Virus record (IMG/VR): IMGVR_UViG_3300028591_000164
Location: 17,948 to 81,947 of that record
Direction: 5' to 3' (one strand)
DNA: 64,000 bases
Origin: a virus
Lineage: Duplodnaviria; Caudoviricetes
Position 1 is the first letter of the stretch. Every line of letters begins with the position of its first letter. This document shows positions 55,606-64,000 of the stretch, in pieces. The notes below the pieces were generated by a model. It was not told the DNA's origin. It searched no databases and worked only from the letters and a program-made list of their open reading frames with translations. The position numbers and the translations under genes were made by a program.

Positions 55606-56913
55606 TTATAGAATAAACATTAATACGAATAATGCTGCAAGAACATACATAAGCGGATGGATTTCTTTAAACTTTCCACGTACCATTTTAATTAGTACAT
55701 AAGAAATAAACCCAAATCCAAGTCCATTAGAAATTGAATATGTAAAAGGCATTGCTACAATTGTTAGGAATGCTGGAATTGCAATTTCTAAATCTGTCCA
55801 ATCAATGTATTTTACATTCTTAAACATTAGAACGCCAACAATAATTAATGCTGCGGCGGTTGCTGCTGATGGAACGACACCCGCGAATGGAGCAAGCACG
55901 CAAGAAAGTAGGAATAAAACACCAGTTACGATTGATGCCAATCCTGTGCGCGCTCCCGCTGCTATACCGGCGCTAGATTCTACGAAACTTGTGATAGTAC
56001 TAACACCTGTAAGTGCGCCAGTACAGGTTGCCGCCGCGTCAGCAATTAAAGCTTTTGTCATTGTTTTGTCTTTGACATTACCGTTCTCATCAATCATATC
56101 ACATTCAGCAAGTGTCGCGGTAAGTGTACCAACAGAATCGAAAGTATCAATAATTGCGAGTGTAAAAATAGAAGTAAGTAGCGGTACAACACCAGCAGAT
56201 AGTAAGCCAGTAAAAGATAATTTAAAGAAGACTGGCGCTACACTTACGCTGGCAAGAGAAGTAATATTAACATTTGTTACTCCCATTGGAATACCAATTA
56301 GTGTCGCAGCGATAATGCCAATAAGAATTGCGCCTTTTACTTTGAAAATCATTAATAGTGCTGTAATTGCTAGACCGATAATAGCTAGCAGACCAGGACC
56401 AGAAGTAATTAGACCAAGGTCTAGGATGCCATTAGCAGTCTGAATGATGCCAGCGTTAAAGAAAGCAATTAAAGTAACAAATAAGCCGATACCAACACTA
56501 ATTGCGCGTTTTAGTGCGGCTGGAATAACATCAATGATTTTGTTACGAAGCGGCGAGAGCATAATGCCAAGGAATACAAGACCGCTAATAAATGTAATAC
56601 CTAGGCATTGCTGCCAAGTATAGCCCATTTTTAAGCATAATGTATAAGCGAAAAATGCATTAACACCCAGTCCGGTGCTTTGTCCAATTGGCGCGTTGGC
56701 AATAAAGCCGGTTAATAGCGTGCCAATTGCAGAAGCTAGTGCTGTCGCGACTACTAGTGCGGTATAATCCATACCAGTTGCTCCAAGAATAGATGGATTA
56801 ACAACTAGAATGTATGCCATTGCAAGGAAGGTAACGAGTCCACCAATTACCTCGCGGCTAATAGTTGAACCGCGTTCAGTAATGTGAAAATGTGAATCAA
56901 GAAAGTTTCTCAT
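55606..56913 (-). CDS. NCS2 AzgA/PbuG-like purine (adenine/guanine/hypoxanthine) permease
   Basis: EVIGGLVTFLAMAYILVVNP, GLGVNAFFAY, DTFDSVGT, FVESSAGIAAGARTGL and MPFTYSI. Confidence 0.92.
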   Translation of the reverse strand: MRNFLDSHFHITERGSTISREVIGGLVTFLAMAYILVVNPSILGATGMDYTALVVATALASAIGTLLTGFIANAPIGQSTGLGVNAFFAYTLCLKMGYTWQQCLGITFISGLVFLGIMLSPLRNKIIDVIPAALKRAISVGIGLFVTLIAFFNAGIIQTANGILDLGLITSGPGLLAIIGLAITALLMIFKVKGAILIGIIAATLIGIPMGVTNVNITSLASVSVAPVFFKLSFTGLLSAGVVPLLTSIFTLAIIDTFDSVGTLTATLAECDMIDENGNVKDKTMTKALIADAAATCTGALTGVSTITSFVESSAGIAAGARTGLASIVTGVLFLLSCVLAPFAGVVPSAATAAALIIVGVLMFKNVKYIDWTDLEIAIPAFLTIVAMPFTYSISNGLGFGFISYVLIKMVRGKFKEIHPLMYVLAALFVLMFIL

Positions 56914-58187
56914 CTTTTTTTCTCCTTTAAAATAAGATTTAAAATAATACCAACAATCATTGCAAGTGCAGTGGTCCCAATGCTTACAATACCAAAATTA
57001 CAAACTGCCCCGGAAACACCAAGGGTTAAAACAGAAGCAATGATTGTGACATTTTTATTATTATTATTTAAATCAATATTATTATCTTTAATAGTGCGGA
57101 TACCACTTAATGTAATGTATCCATAAAGTACTGCGGCGCAGCCGCCGAAAATTGAGCTTGGAATACTTACTAAGAAGGCTTGAAGTGGTCCAAAGAATGT
57201 AGCAACGCCCATAATAACGGCGGCGAGACTAATTACATAGCGAGAACAGATTTTACTAAAACCCGTGGTTCCAACACTTTCGCCATAGCTTGTATTTGGT
57301 AATCCGCCAATAACACATCCGGCCGCAGTAGCAATACCATCACCAATTAGTGTCTTACCAAGTCCAGGATTCTGTGTTAGATCTGTGCCAATAACGGCGC
57401 TTAAAGCCTTATGGTCACTAGTATGTTCCGCGATTGTAACTAGTGATAGCGGTAGGAATAACATTAGAATCTGTGGTAGTAATGCCCAATCAAATGCGGC
57501 AAAGTGTATAAAAGCAAAATCAGGAATCTGAATCAACTTTACATTATTAAATACAGAGAAATCAATAATTGGTACACCACAAACTGTTAATATCGCGGCG
57601 AAAGCATATACAATTAAAATAGAAAATAGGAATGGTAGATTTTTAATAAATCCCTTACCATAGTGCGAAATTAACGCGGTAATTGCTAATGTTAGCATAC
57701 CAAGTCCAACGCCAAGCAAACTATATTCACCATTAATTTGGAAATAGGTTGGAATAAATGTAGCAAGATTTAAACCAATAACCGCGACGATTGGCCCGAT
57801 AACAACGGGCGGTAAAACTTTATTCATCCAATTGGTGCCGCATTTATTAATAATTGCTCCAATCACACAGTAGACAATACATACAATGGCACCGCCAATT
57901 GCTACTGCGGTATAATTTGGGGCTGCGCCTAACGCAAGTCCACCGATTACCGCGGCAACAAATGCGCCAGAAGAACTGATAAACATGGGGCTTTGACCAC
58001 GTGTACATAGCTGATAGATAAGAGTGCCGATACATGCGCCAAGCATCGCTGGTGCGATAGGTAGGCCGCAAATTTGTGGAATAAGAATAGTAGCGACGAA
58101 GCAAGCAACAACTTGCTGTAAAGCCGCTACAATTAAGCGTTTTACTGGTAGTTTGTCATTAATATTATATAACATATTACTTTCCAT
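56910..58187 (-). CDS. NCS2 UraA/PyrP-like uracil-xanthine permease
   Basis: PPVVIGPIVAVIGL, LVTIAEH, PGLGKTLIGDG, PNTSYGES and LYGYI..SGIR; ATGA overlap with the purine permease. Confidence 0.92.
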   Translation of the reverse strand: MESNMLYNINDKLPVKRLIVAALQQVVACFVATILIPQICGLPIAPAMLGACIGTLIYQLCTRGQSPMFISSSGAFVAAVIGGLALGAAPNYTAVAIGGAIVCIVYCVIGAIINKCGTNWMNKVLPPVVIGPIVAVIGLNLATFIPTYFQINGEYSLLGVGLGMLTLAITALISHYGKGFIKNLPFLFSILIVYAFAAILTVCGVPIIDFSVFNNVKLIQIPDFAFIHFAAFDWALLPQILMLFLPLSLVTIAEHTSDHKALSAVIGTDLTQNPGLGKTLIGDGIATAAGCVIGGLPNTSYGESVGTTGFSKICSRYVISLAAVIMGVATFFGPLQAFLVSIPSSIFGGCAAVLYGYITLSGIRTIKDNNIDLNNNNKNVTIIASVLTLGVSGAVCNFGIVSIGTTALAMIVGIILNLILKEKKR

Positions 58188-58365
58188 TTTTTACCTCACT
58201 AATATATTTTTCAATATATTCAATAAATTCTTTATCTTCCATATAGAAGCAATCTTTTGTTGAGAGAATATTAGACATAAGTTGAGCCAGCCGCCAATCT
58301 GGGACATTGCTCCAAGCCGCGGCTAGCATATCACAAATTTTGTTAATGCGATGAGTGTCTCTCAT
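58177..58365 (-). CDS. Hypothetical phage protein, 62 aa (MRD..RI...W...PDWRL type)
   Basis: Track ORF overlapping the permease start. Confidence 0.6.
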   Translation of the reverse strand: MRDTHRINKICDMLAAAWSNVPDWRLAQLMSNILSTKDCFYMEDKEFIEYIEKYISEVKNGK

Positions 58366-58366
58366 A

Positions 58367-59080
58367 TTATCTCCATTCTGAATTTAATTCTTCATCATTT
58401 TCATTTTCTTCTGCTGGTTCAACTTCAGTGTAAAAATAAAAATTATCATCTTTTTTAAATTGATTTTGTAAAATAGGAATAATTTCATCAAATGAATTAT
58501 GTAATGTATGGTCTGCTGTTGCGTATAAAATCATACCATATAGCATCTAATTGATAGAAAAACTGCGGCGCCAATCTTTTTCATTTAGATGGTTTGTGCG
58601 AATATCAAAATAATGAGCATAATTTTTCTTGGTAAGAATACGATAAATTTCTTCCCATACTTTATTGTGCATTTCATTAACTAATTCTAGACAATGCTCT
58701 TTATTTCCTTCATCAAATTCTTGGCGATGTTCTTCTATAAAAGCTTCTTCTAAATCGAGCAATTTATCTGCCATATATTTCCATCCATACAATACGCCCA
58801 TCTCACACATAGTACCAATGGCGCTCTGCTCTGGGCATAAAACAGTATAATCACTATTCCAAAGGCGTTCAATATCGGCTTCACAGATTTTTTCTGCTAA
58901 GTGATTATTTTCTTCTTCGGTCATACTAGACTTATCATTGATGGATTTATTCTAAACCGGGCTATATACCTCACCAGGTATTCCCGCAGCTTTGAATTTA
59001 TCATATTCTTCTTGGCGTGCGAGATTAGAACCATGTGTCATAATATCGCCGCCTAAATATCCGAGTGGTTCTTTATTCAT
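58367..59080 (-). CDS. Nucleoside 2'-deoxyribosyltransferase family protein #2, 237 aa (2 TAG)
   Basis: Manual extension: GYLGGD...VYSPV(Q)NKSIND...ADIERLWNSD...GTMCEMG...SIN(Q)MLYG; TAA at 58367-58369. Confidence 0.72.
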
Positions 59081-59243
59081 TCGAGTCCTCCTTATGGGTT
59101 AAATCCCAAAGAATATCATACATTTCTTGTTTAAATCCTTCTGGTTGCTGTTCTAGTGGTAGCATCCACCAAGCCAATCCAGCATCGGGATGACGATTAA
59201 AATATTCGTCTATCATTTCATCATAAATTGTATGTTCAGACAT
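59073..59243 (-). CDS. Hypothetical protein, 56 aa
   Basis: ATG after AGGAG; promoter TTGACT-17-TATAAT at 59269-59297. Confidence 0.55.
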   Translation of the reverse strand: MSEHTIYDEMIDEYFNRHPDAGLAWWMLPLEQQPEGFKQEMYDILWDLTHKEDSNE

Positions 59244-59300
59244 ATTTTTTCCTCCTAACTTTTTCTTTATTATAACATAGATTTTGGAAAAAGTCAAATA

Positions 59301-59333
59301 AAAAAAGTGGAGATAATATTTCTATTATCTCCA
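59301..59333 (-). terminator. Intrinsic terminator
   Basis: TGGAGATAAT-6-ATTATCTCCA followed by CTTTTTT on the minus strand. Confidence 0.8.
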
Positions 59334-59334
59334 T

Positions 59335-61674
59335 TTATAGATTATCTACATTACTTAATTGTTGCTATAATCCTTGAATAATATCTAACATTCCTGCCAT
59401 AAAAACTAAATTTATTGTTACTTTAGATTCTGCTTCAGATTTTACATAGTTCCAACGTTCTTCGGGAGAACTATATTGTTGAGCCGCTCTTAAAGTATTA
59501 TAACTAATTGGATTATGTAACTCTATTTTTGTAGAAGCGTTATTATAAATTATGCTTCTTTGTTTTTCTGTAATATCTTTTGCAACAAGTTCTAAATTAT
59601 TACATATCTCTGTTAATATATAAGATTGAGGAAAATATAAATCATTAACAAATATTAAATGTAATGCTCCAGGTGCGGCGGCGCGTACATTTTCAGAAAG
59701 ACTTTCTAAAAAATTTTTTGCATTAGCAAATCCATCATCAAATAATACCATAGCTGCGCCAGCGAGCAGATAATCTTTTAATGCTTGTTCATATCCACGT
59801 CCAATAACAGATCCATCAAAAGAATTTAATAATGCTGTAATAATTGTTTCAGCATCTAGTATGCTGATTCCACCAGCGTCTAACATGCTAACAATATTAG
59901 GAATAGCATCAACAACTTTTCCGCCGCCTCCTAATGATCCTTCATGGAATCCTTCATTTATATAAGCAGTGTCTTCATATTTTTTTACACTAATGCTAGT
60001 TGATAAAAATTTATATAATTGGTCTATTTTATCTTTTTCTTGCTGTGTTTTTGCTTTTTTAAGAGCTTTTTCTTTCTATCGAGCTAATTTTTTTAATTCA
60101 TCTACATATGCTTTTTTAGCTTCATCAATATTAGTATGGCCGCTACTTCTTTTATTATAATTAGTTAAAAAGTTTTTACCAAAATTATTAATTTTATTTG
60201 TAATTGCATCATATTGTTTTTTTGTCAATGTTTGTTGTAGTTCTTCAAATGGAACCGGATTTAAAAAATAAGAGATTAATAAATCAGATTTAAGTTTAAT
60301 TAATTTTCCTGGAATATAAGCCGGTCCGTAAGAATACATTGCTGCCTATACTGCTGCGATAATTTCTGCATAATCTGGGCCAGTAATATTAAAATTATTA
60401 ATACTAGAAGCTAATATGTCACGTATATCAATTGAATTGTTATTGACTAATGTTTGCTATAAAATCTAAATAAGCTAATTACGCTTTTCTTTTGCCGCAC
60501 CTTTTAAATTATTGAGTCTTTTTTTAATTTCCGCATGTAATGCTTTAGATAAAACACCCTTAAGTCCCGCGATTTGCTTGGGTGCTAATTCATTTTTTTT
60601 TCCGGTTTGGAGAGCATCATATGCATCTTTTATAGGGGTTATTAATTTATTATTTTTATAAGAAGTAGAAGAAAATAAATCTTGTCGTATATCATTATCT
60701 AATAATTCAAATAAATCTGCTAAATTTTCACCGTCTTTTTCTGCTTTCTAAATAAATTGCTCAAGTCGGTCAGATCCAGTTTTTTCTATCCATGTAACTG
60801 CATTTGTGTAAGACTCTTCTATATCTTGAGTGGCAATTGTTTTAATAGATTCGGCAATGGCTTGTGATAGTTTATTAATATTTAATTGTTCGTCGGATGC
60901 TAAAGCTGCCAAGGCCATATTAAAAACTTTATTTTTGATAGAAGAAACAGACGCGCCATGTGATATTGCTGATTGAGCTGCTGTGATAACATCATCGCTA
61001 AGTAAAATTTGCGATAACTAATTTTTAATATTTTTAATATTAAAATTATTTCCCTATACATGGCCATGATTTTGTTTTAATGCGGCCTATACGCCCTCTC
61101 TTACTCGTGGAAATTTTCCAAGACGGTGCATATGTTTAATAGATTTTTCACTGATAAAGGGAATATTATCTTCATTCTCTATTATATTTCCATCTTTATC
61201 TTTTTTTGGGCTGAATTTTATATCACTTGTATAATTGGTTAATGCTTTAGTAATTTCAGATAAATTAGATTCATGGATATGCAATGTTTCTTTATATTTT
61301 TCATAACTTGTATAGGCCACATTTATATCTTGAATAAATGTTAAATAATTAAAACTTCCATCTTTATTATAATCTTTTATTTCGACTCCTTGTTTACTGA
61401 CAAGTTCTATGAATTTTTTTTCTTGTGCTAATTCAGCTGAGGCCCAGTTTCTTAATTTATTTATATAATCTGCAATGTATGAAGTAACTCCTTCTTCATT
61501 TTGTTTTTCAATAGTAATTTTTGATAAATTAGATAAATTTGCAACCGCTGTATTTGCAACACTTATTCCAGCCGCTCCTTCTTCATACAAACTAGAAAAA
61601 TAGATGTAGCGCCCCCATGATGGTGGCTAAAAATTAAATTGCTATCGTCTTGGTATTGATTTTTTTTTAGCCAT
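59335..61674 (-). CDS. Large hypothetical protein, 779 aa (>=10 TAG)
   Basis: Track ORFs 61087-61590, 60076-60339 and 59365-59886 are in one frame. The gaps were read manually and contain only TAG. ATG at 61674; TAA at 59335-59337. Confidence 0.78.
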
Positions 61675-61686
61675 ATAATCACCAAC

Positions 61687-62913
61687 TTAATCTAACAAAT
61701 CCGCCATAGCCGCGACCTTACTTCTTTCAGTCTTTAATAGCTTCACCATTCCAAATAATGACTTTCCATATAATCTTTCAATCATCTTTGGGATACCGCT
61801 CATTTTTTCATCATAATAATCACATTGTTTAACATCGGCGCAGAAAATAATTTCACTACCTTCTGCAACACGTCCAAGTAATAATTGAATATTAGATGTT
61901 AATAAGTTTTCCGCTTCATCAACCACGATACAGCAATTCTTTAAGTCGCGGCCGCGAAGAGAAGATAAGTGCGCTGGCTCAATTTGTCCATTATCTAAAT
62001 ATTCTTCAAATTTTTCAATACCAATCATATCCTCAATCTGCATCAGCCAAGGATATAATTTGGAAACCGTATCTCCAGGTAATGTTCCTAATTTTCCCGC
62101 GCCTTTTACTTCTAGATTATTTTTAACAAAGACAATCTTATCAAAACGTCCAGTTTGCATTTCATGTAGCGCATAATTTAATGCAAGGAAACTTTTGCCT
62201 GTACCAAATTTAGCAAGACATAATTTAATAGGAACATCTTTATTTTGTAATAAATCCATATACATTTTCTGTTCAATATTGCGCGGCTTGATGCGTTCAC
62301 CAAGTACTGATGTAAATTCTTTGTAGGCGAGCGGCCTATATTTTGTACCATTCCAGAACATAACATCCTTTAATTCATCATTATCATTATATATCATAAT
62401 GAATTCATTATTTTGGCAATTAAATACATTTGCTGTGGGATTTGTGTATATTTCACTCAATGTATCCATATCTGGATAGCAACGACGCCAACCGCAATAA
62501 CGTTCAGTTAATTCTTTATCTTTAGGCACATAATATGTGCTCGTTATTTCTTTAATTTGTTTTGCGAATAAATATAAAGTACCATCAGAAGTAACAAAAT
62601 GGATGGGCTGTCGCATTTTCTTACTTAACAAAATTGCTTCACTTAAAATACGATGGTCATTTATATCAGTTAAGAAAGGATGCTTATGGATTTCTTTTAA
62701 AATATCCTTCTGTGCAAAACAAGTAAATGAGTATTCATTACTTTGAATAATTTCACGTACAACTTGCCGCGCGAAAAATTTCGTGTTATCATCTTTATTT
62801 CTGTCTGTCTTAATATTTTCTAATTCACTAATTACAATTGGGCTTATATAAATATTGAAAAAGCTATCCAAACCGCCGGCGAGGATAGCTGATGTATCTA
62901 AAAAGTTAATCAT
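61687..62913 (-). CDS. phoH: PIN-domain + PhoH-family ATPase
   Basis: FLDTS...E...ND..IL...FVTSD (PIN); AKFGTGKS, LRGRDL, VDEAEN and FCADVKQCD. Confidence 0.9.
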   Translation of the reverse strand: MINFLDTSAILAGGLDSFFNIYISPIVISELENIKTDRNKDDNTKFFARQVVREIIQSNEYSFTCFAQKDILKEIHKHPFLTDINDHRILSEAILLSKKMRQPIHFVTSDGTLYLFAKQIKEITSTYYVPKDKELTERYCGWRRCYPDMDTLSEIYTNPTANVFNCQNNEFIMIYNDNDELKDVMFWNGTKYRPLAYKEFTSVLGERIKPRNIEQKMYMDLLQNKDVPIKLCLAKFGTGKSFLALNYALHEMQTGRFDKIVFVKNNLEVKGAGKLGTLPGDTVSKLYPWLMQIEDMIGIEKFEEYLDNGQIEPAHLSSLRGRDLKNCCIVVDEAENLLTSNIQLLLGRVAEGSEIIFCADVKQCDYYDEKMSGIPKMIERLYGKSLFGMVKLLKTERSKVAAMADLLD

Positions 62914-63518
62914 TATTCTTCACTTCCAATAATTTCATCAATTAAATTTAATTCTTTCATTTCTTTCGCAGAAATAAACCATTGATGTCGAGTTTTTGAC
63001 TCATATAATTCTGCGGTTATATTTGTATTTTTAATAATAAAGTCTTTAATATCATTATCAACTTTATCATTAAACGCCATGAAGTCTTGTGCGGTCTTTG
63101 ATTCGCTAGATTCCATAGTAATATAACCATCATGTACCAAAGCATAGGTACTTGGATAGCACATACGATGCACATTATCGTTTTTCCCGCCCGCGGCTAA
63201 AATTACTGCGGACATAGAAGCGGCGTATCCGAGAACAATTATATTTAATTGTTTCTTATATTGCGCAATGTAATGTGCTAGAAAGAAACCATCTGCAACA
63301 GAGCCACCAGGAGAGTTAAGAATAAGTGTCACTGGCTCAACAGATGAATCGTTTTCAAACTCTTTTAGAGGCAGATAGATTTTTTCTACTATATCTTCAT
63401 CAATATAAGTATTAAAAAGAACTGTACGATTATCTAATAGTTGATGAAAATATTGATAATCTTTTGCGTTAAAACCTACTTGCTCTAAAAGAGTGGAAAT
63501 ATCAAAATCTAAAGCCAT
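62913..63518 (-). CDS. clpP: ClpP-like protease proteolytic subunit
   Basis: LILNSPGGSV, GYAASMSAVILAAG, LVH and WFISAKEMKELNLIDEI. Confidence 0.88.
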   Translation of the reverse strand: MALDFDISTLLEQVGFNAKDYQYFHQLLDNRTVLFNTYIDEDIVEKIYLPLKEFENDSSVEPVTLILNSPGGSVADGFFLAHYIAQYKKQLNIIVLGYAASMSAVILAAGGKNDNVHRMCYPSTYALVHDGYITMESSESKTAQDFMAFNDKVDNDIKDFIIKNTNITAELYESKTRHQWFISAKEMKELNLIDEIIGSEE

Positions 63519-63549
63519 AAAAACCTCCTCGTTGTTCGAGGAACAACAT

Positions 63550-63999
63550 TTAATTTAAAATTTTTTCAAGTGTGCAATCTTCCGGAGAAATGTCTCCCAT
63601 TCTAATTGATTTTAGAACCGGATGACGAATTGAAATATTTTCGCGCGCGGTAGAAACCATCATTCCATTAATACTTACGGGACACATATAGTAATCATCA
63701 AAATGGTCTCGCAGTTCATTTTTGAACTCTTCGGTTAATCCTGCGACTTTACATAATTCAATTTTATTTCCTTCTCCATCAAAAACACCTACGGTAATAC
63801 TAGCTGGCCAATTATAATAATAATTTTTTGAGATTGGAATATAAGGACCACCAAGATGATAATCTCCGTAATATTCACCGCAAAGCTTTTCGCCCGTGCG
63901 CGTGTTCTCCCAAAATTGCCAATGACCAATATCGCCGCCATTATAATTTTTTTCGCATGGCACGGTATTTAAAATAAAACAGTCAATATCAGATGAAAT
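63550..63999 (-). CDS. ATP-dependent DNA ligase, C-terminal OB domain (5'-partial)
   Basis: The frame is open to the window edge (SDIDCFIL...); CKVAGLT and motif VI-like SIRHPVLKSIR. Confidence 0.68.
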   Translation of the reverse strand: MSSDIDCFILNTVPCEKNYNGGDIGHWQFWENTRTGEKLCGEYYGDYHLGGPYIPISKNYYYNWPASITVGVFDGEGNKIELCKVAGLTEEFKNELRDHFDDYYMCPVSINGMMVSTARENISIRHPVLKSIRMGDISPEDCTLEKILN

Positions 64000-64000
64000 T

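Noticed and set aside
55606-58187. Permeases as evidence of a bacterial chromosome or prophage boundary
   Set aside because: Small phage-type ORFs, the same promoter family and TAG-recoded genes (58367-59080, 59335-61674) lie next to them, and there is no att site or host housekeeping context.
7615-62746. Antisense track ORFs (e.g. 7615-7944, 10456-10731, 20220-20573, 42150-42491, 55805-56443)
   Set aside because: They overlap well-supported genes on the other strand and have no motifs or RBS; they are typical shadow ORFs, made longer by stop-poor complementary codons.
1-64000. Suppressor tRNA(CUA), release factor, lysis, capsid, terminase or integrase genes
   Set aside because: None recognised; intergenic gaps are short and show no cloverleaf by eye. 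They are probably elsewhere in the genome, so lifestyle cannot be called from this window.
1-64000. GATC depletion
   Set aside because: It seemed somewhat low by eye, but many sites exist and I could not count them reliably; not claimed.

Overview
A 64 kb segment of a large, AT-rich tailed phage (siphovirus-like, probable Firmicutes/Clostridia-type host) that reads TAG as glutamine (genetic code 15), which is why the standard-code ORF track is fragmented. Positions 1-20019 (+ strand) carry three giant tail genes: a >4270-aa tape measure protein, a distal-tail-like protein and a 1796-aa tail-tip protein. After a convergent terminator at ~20030, everything is on the minus strand: RuvC-like resolvase, dUTPase, anaerobic RNR (nrdD/nrdG) coupled to a formate/nitrite channel, DnaE-type polymerase split by a group I intron carrying an HNH endonuclease, RecJ, primase, DnaB helicase, Sak4-like ATPase, SSB, both type IIA topoisomerase subunits, a HaeIII-like methyltransferase with a putative restriction endonuclease, two nucleoside deoxyribosyltransferase-family genes, two nucleobase permeases, an initiator-plus-iteron origin-like module, PIN-PhoH, ClpP and a DNA ligase fragment. 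Strongest leads: (1) a phage nucleotide-supply system that includes membrane transporters (formate channel plus purine and pyrimidine-type permeases); (2) an R-M pair where only the methyltransferase needs amber read-through; (3) strong genome-wide over-representation of CCGCGG; (4) a membrane-anchored, amber-dense GIY-YIG nuclease. No tRNA, lysis, capsid or integrase gene was seen. All analysis was by eye; family assignments rest on remembered motifs, not database searches.
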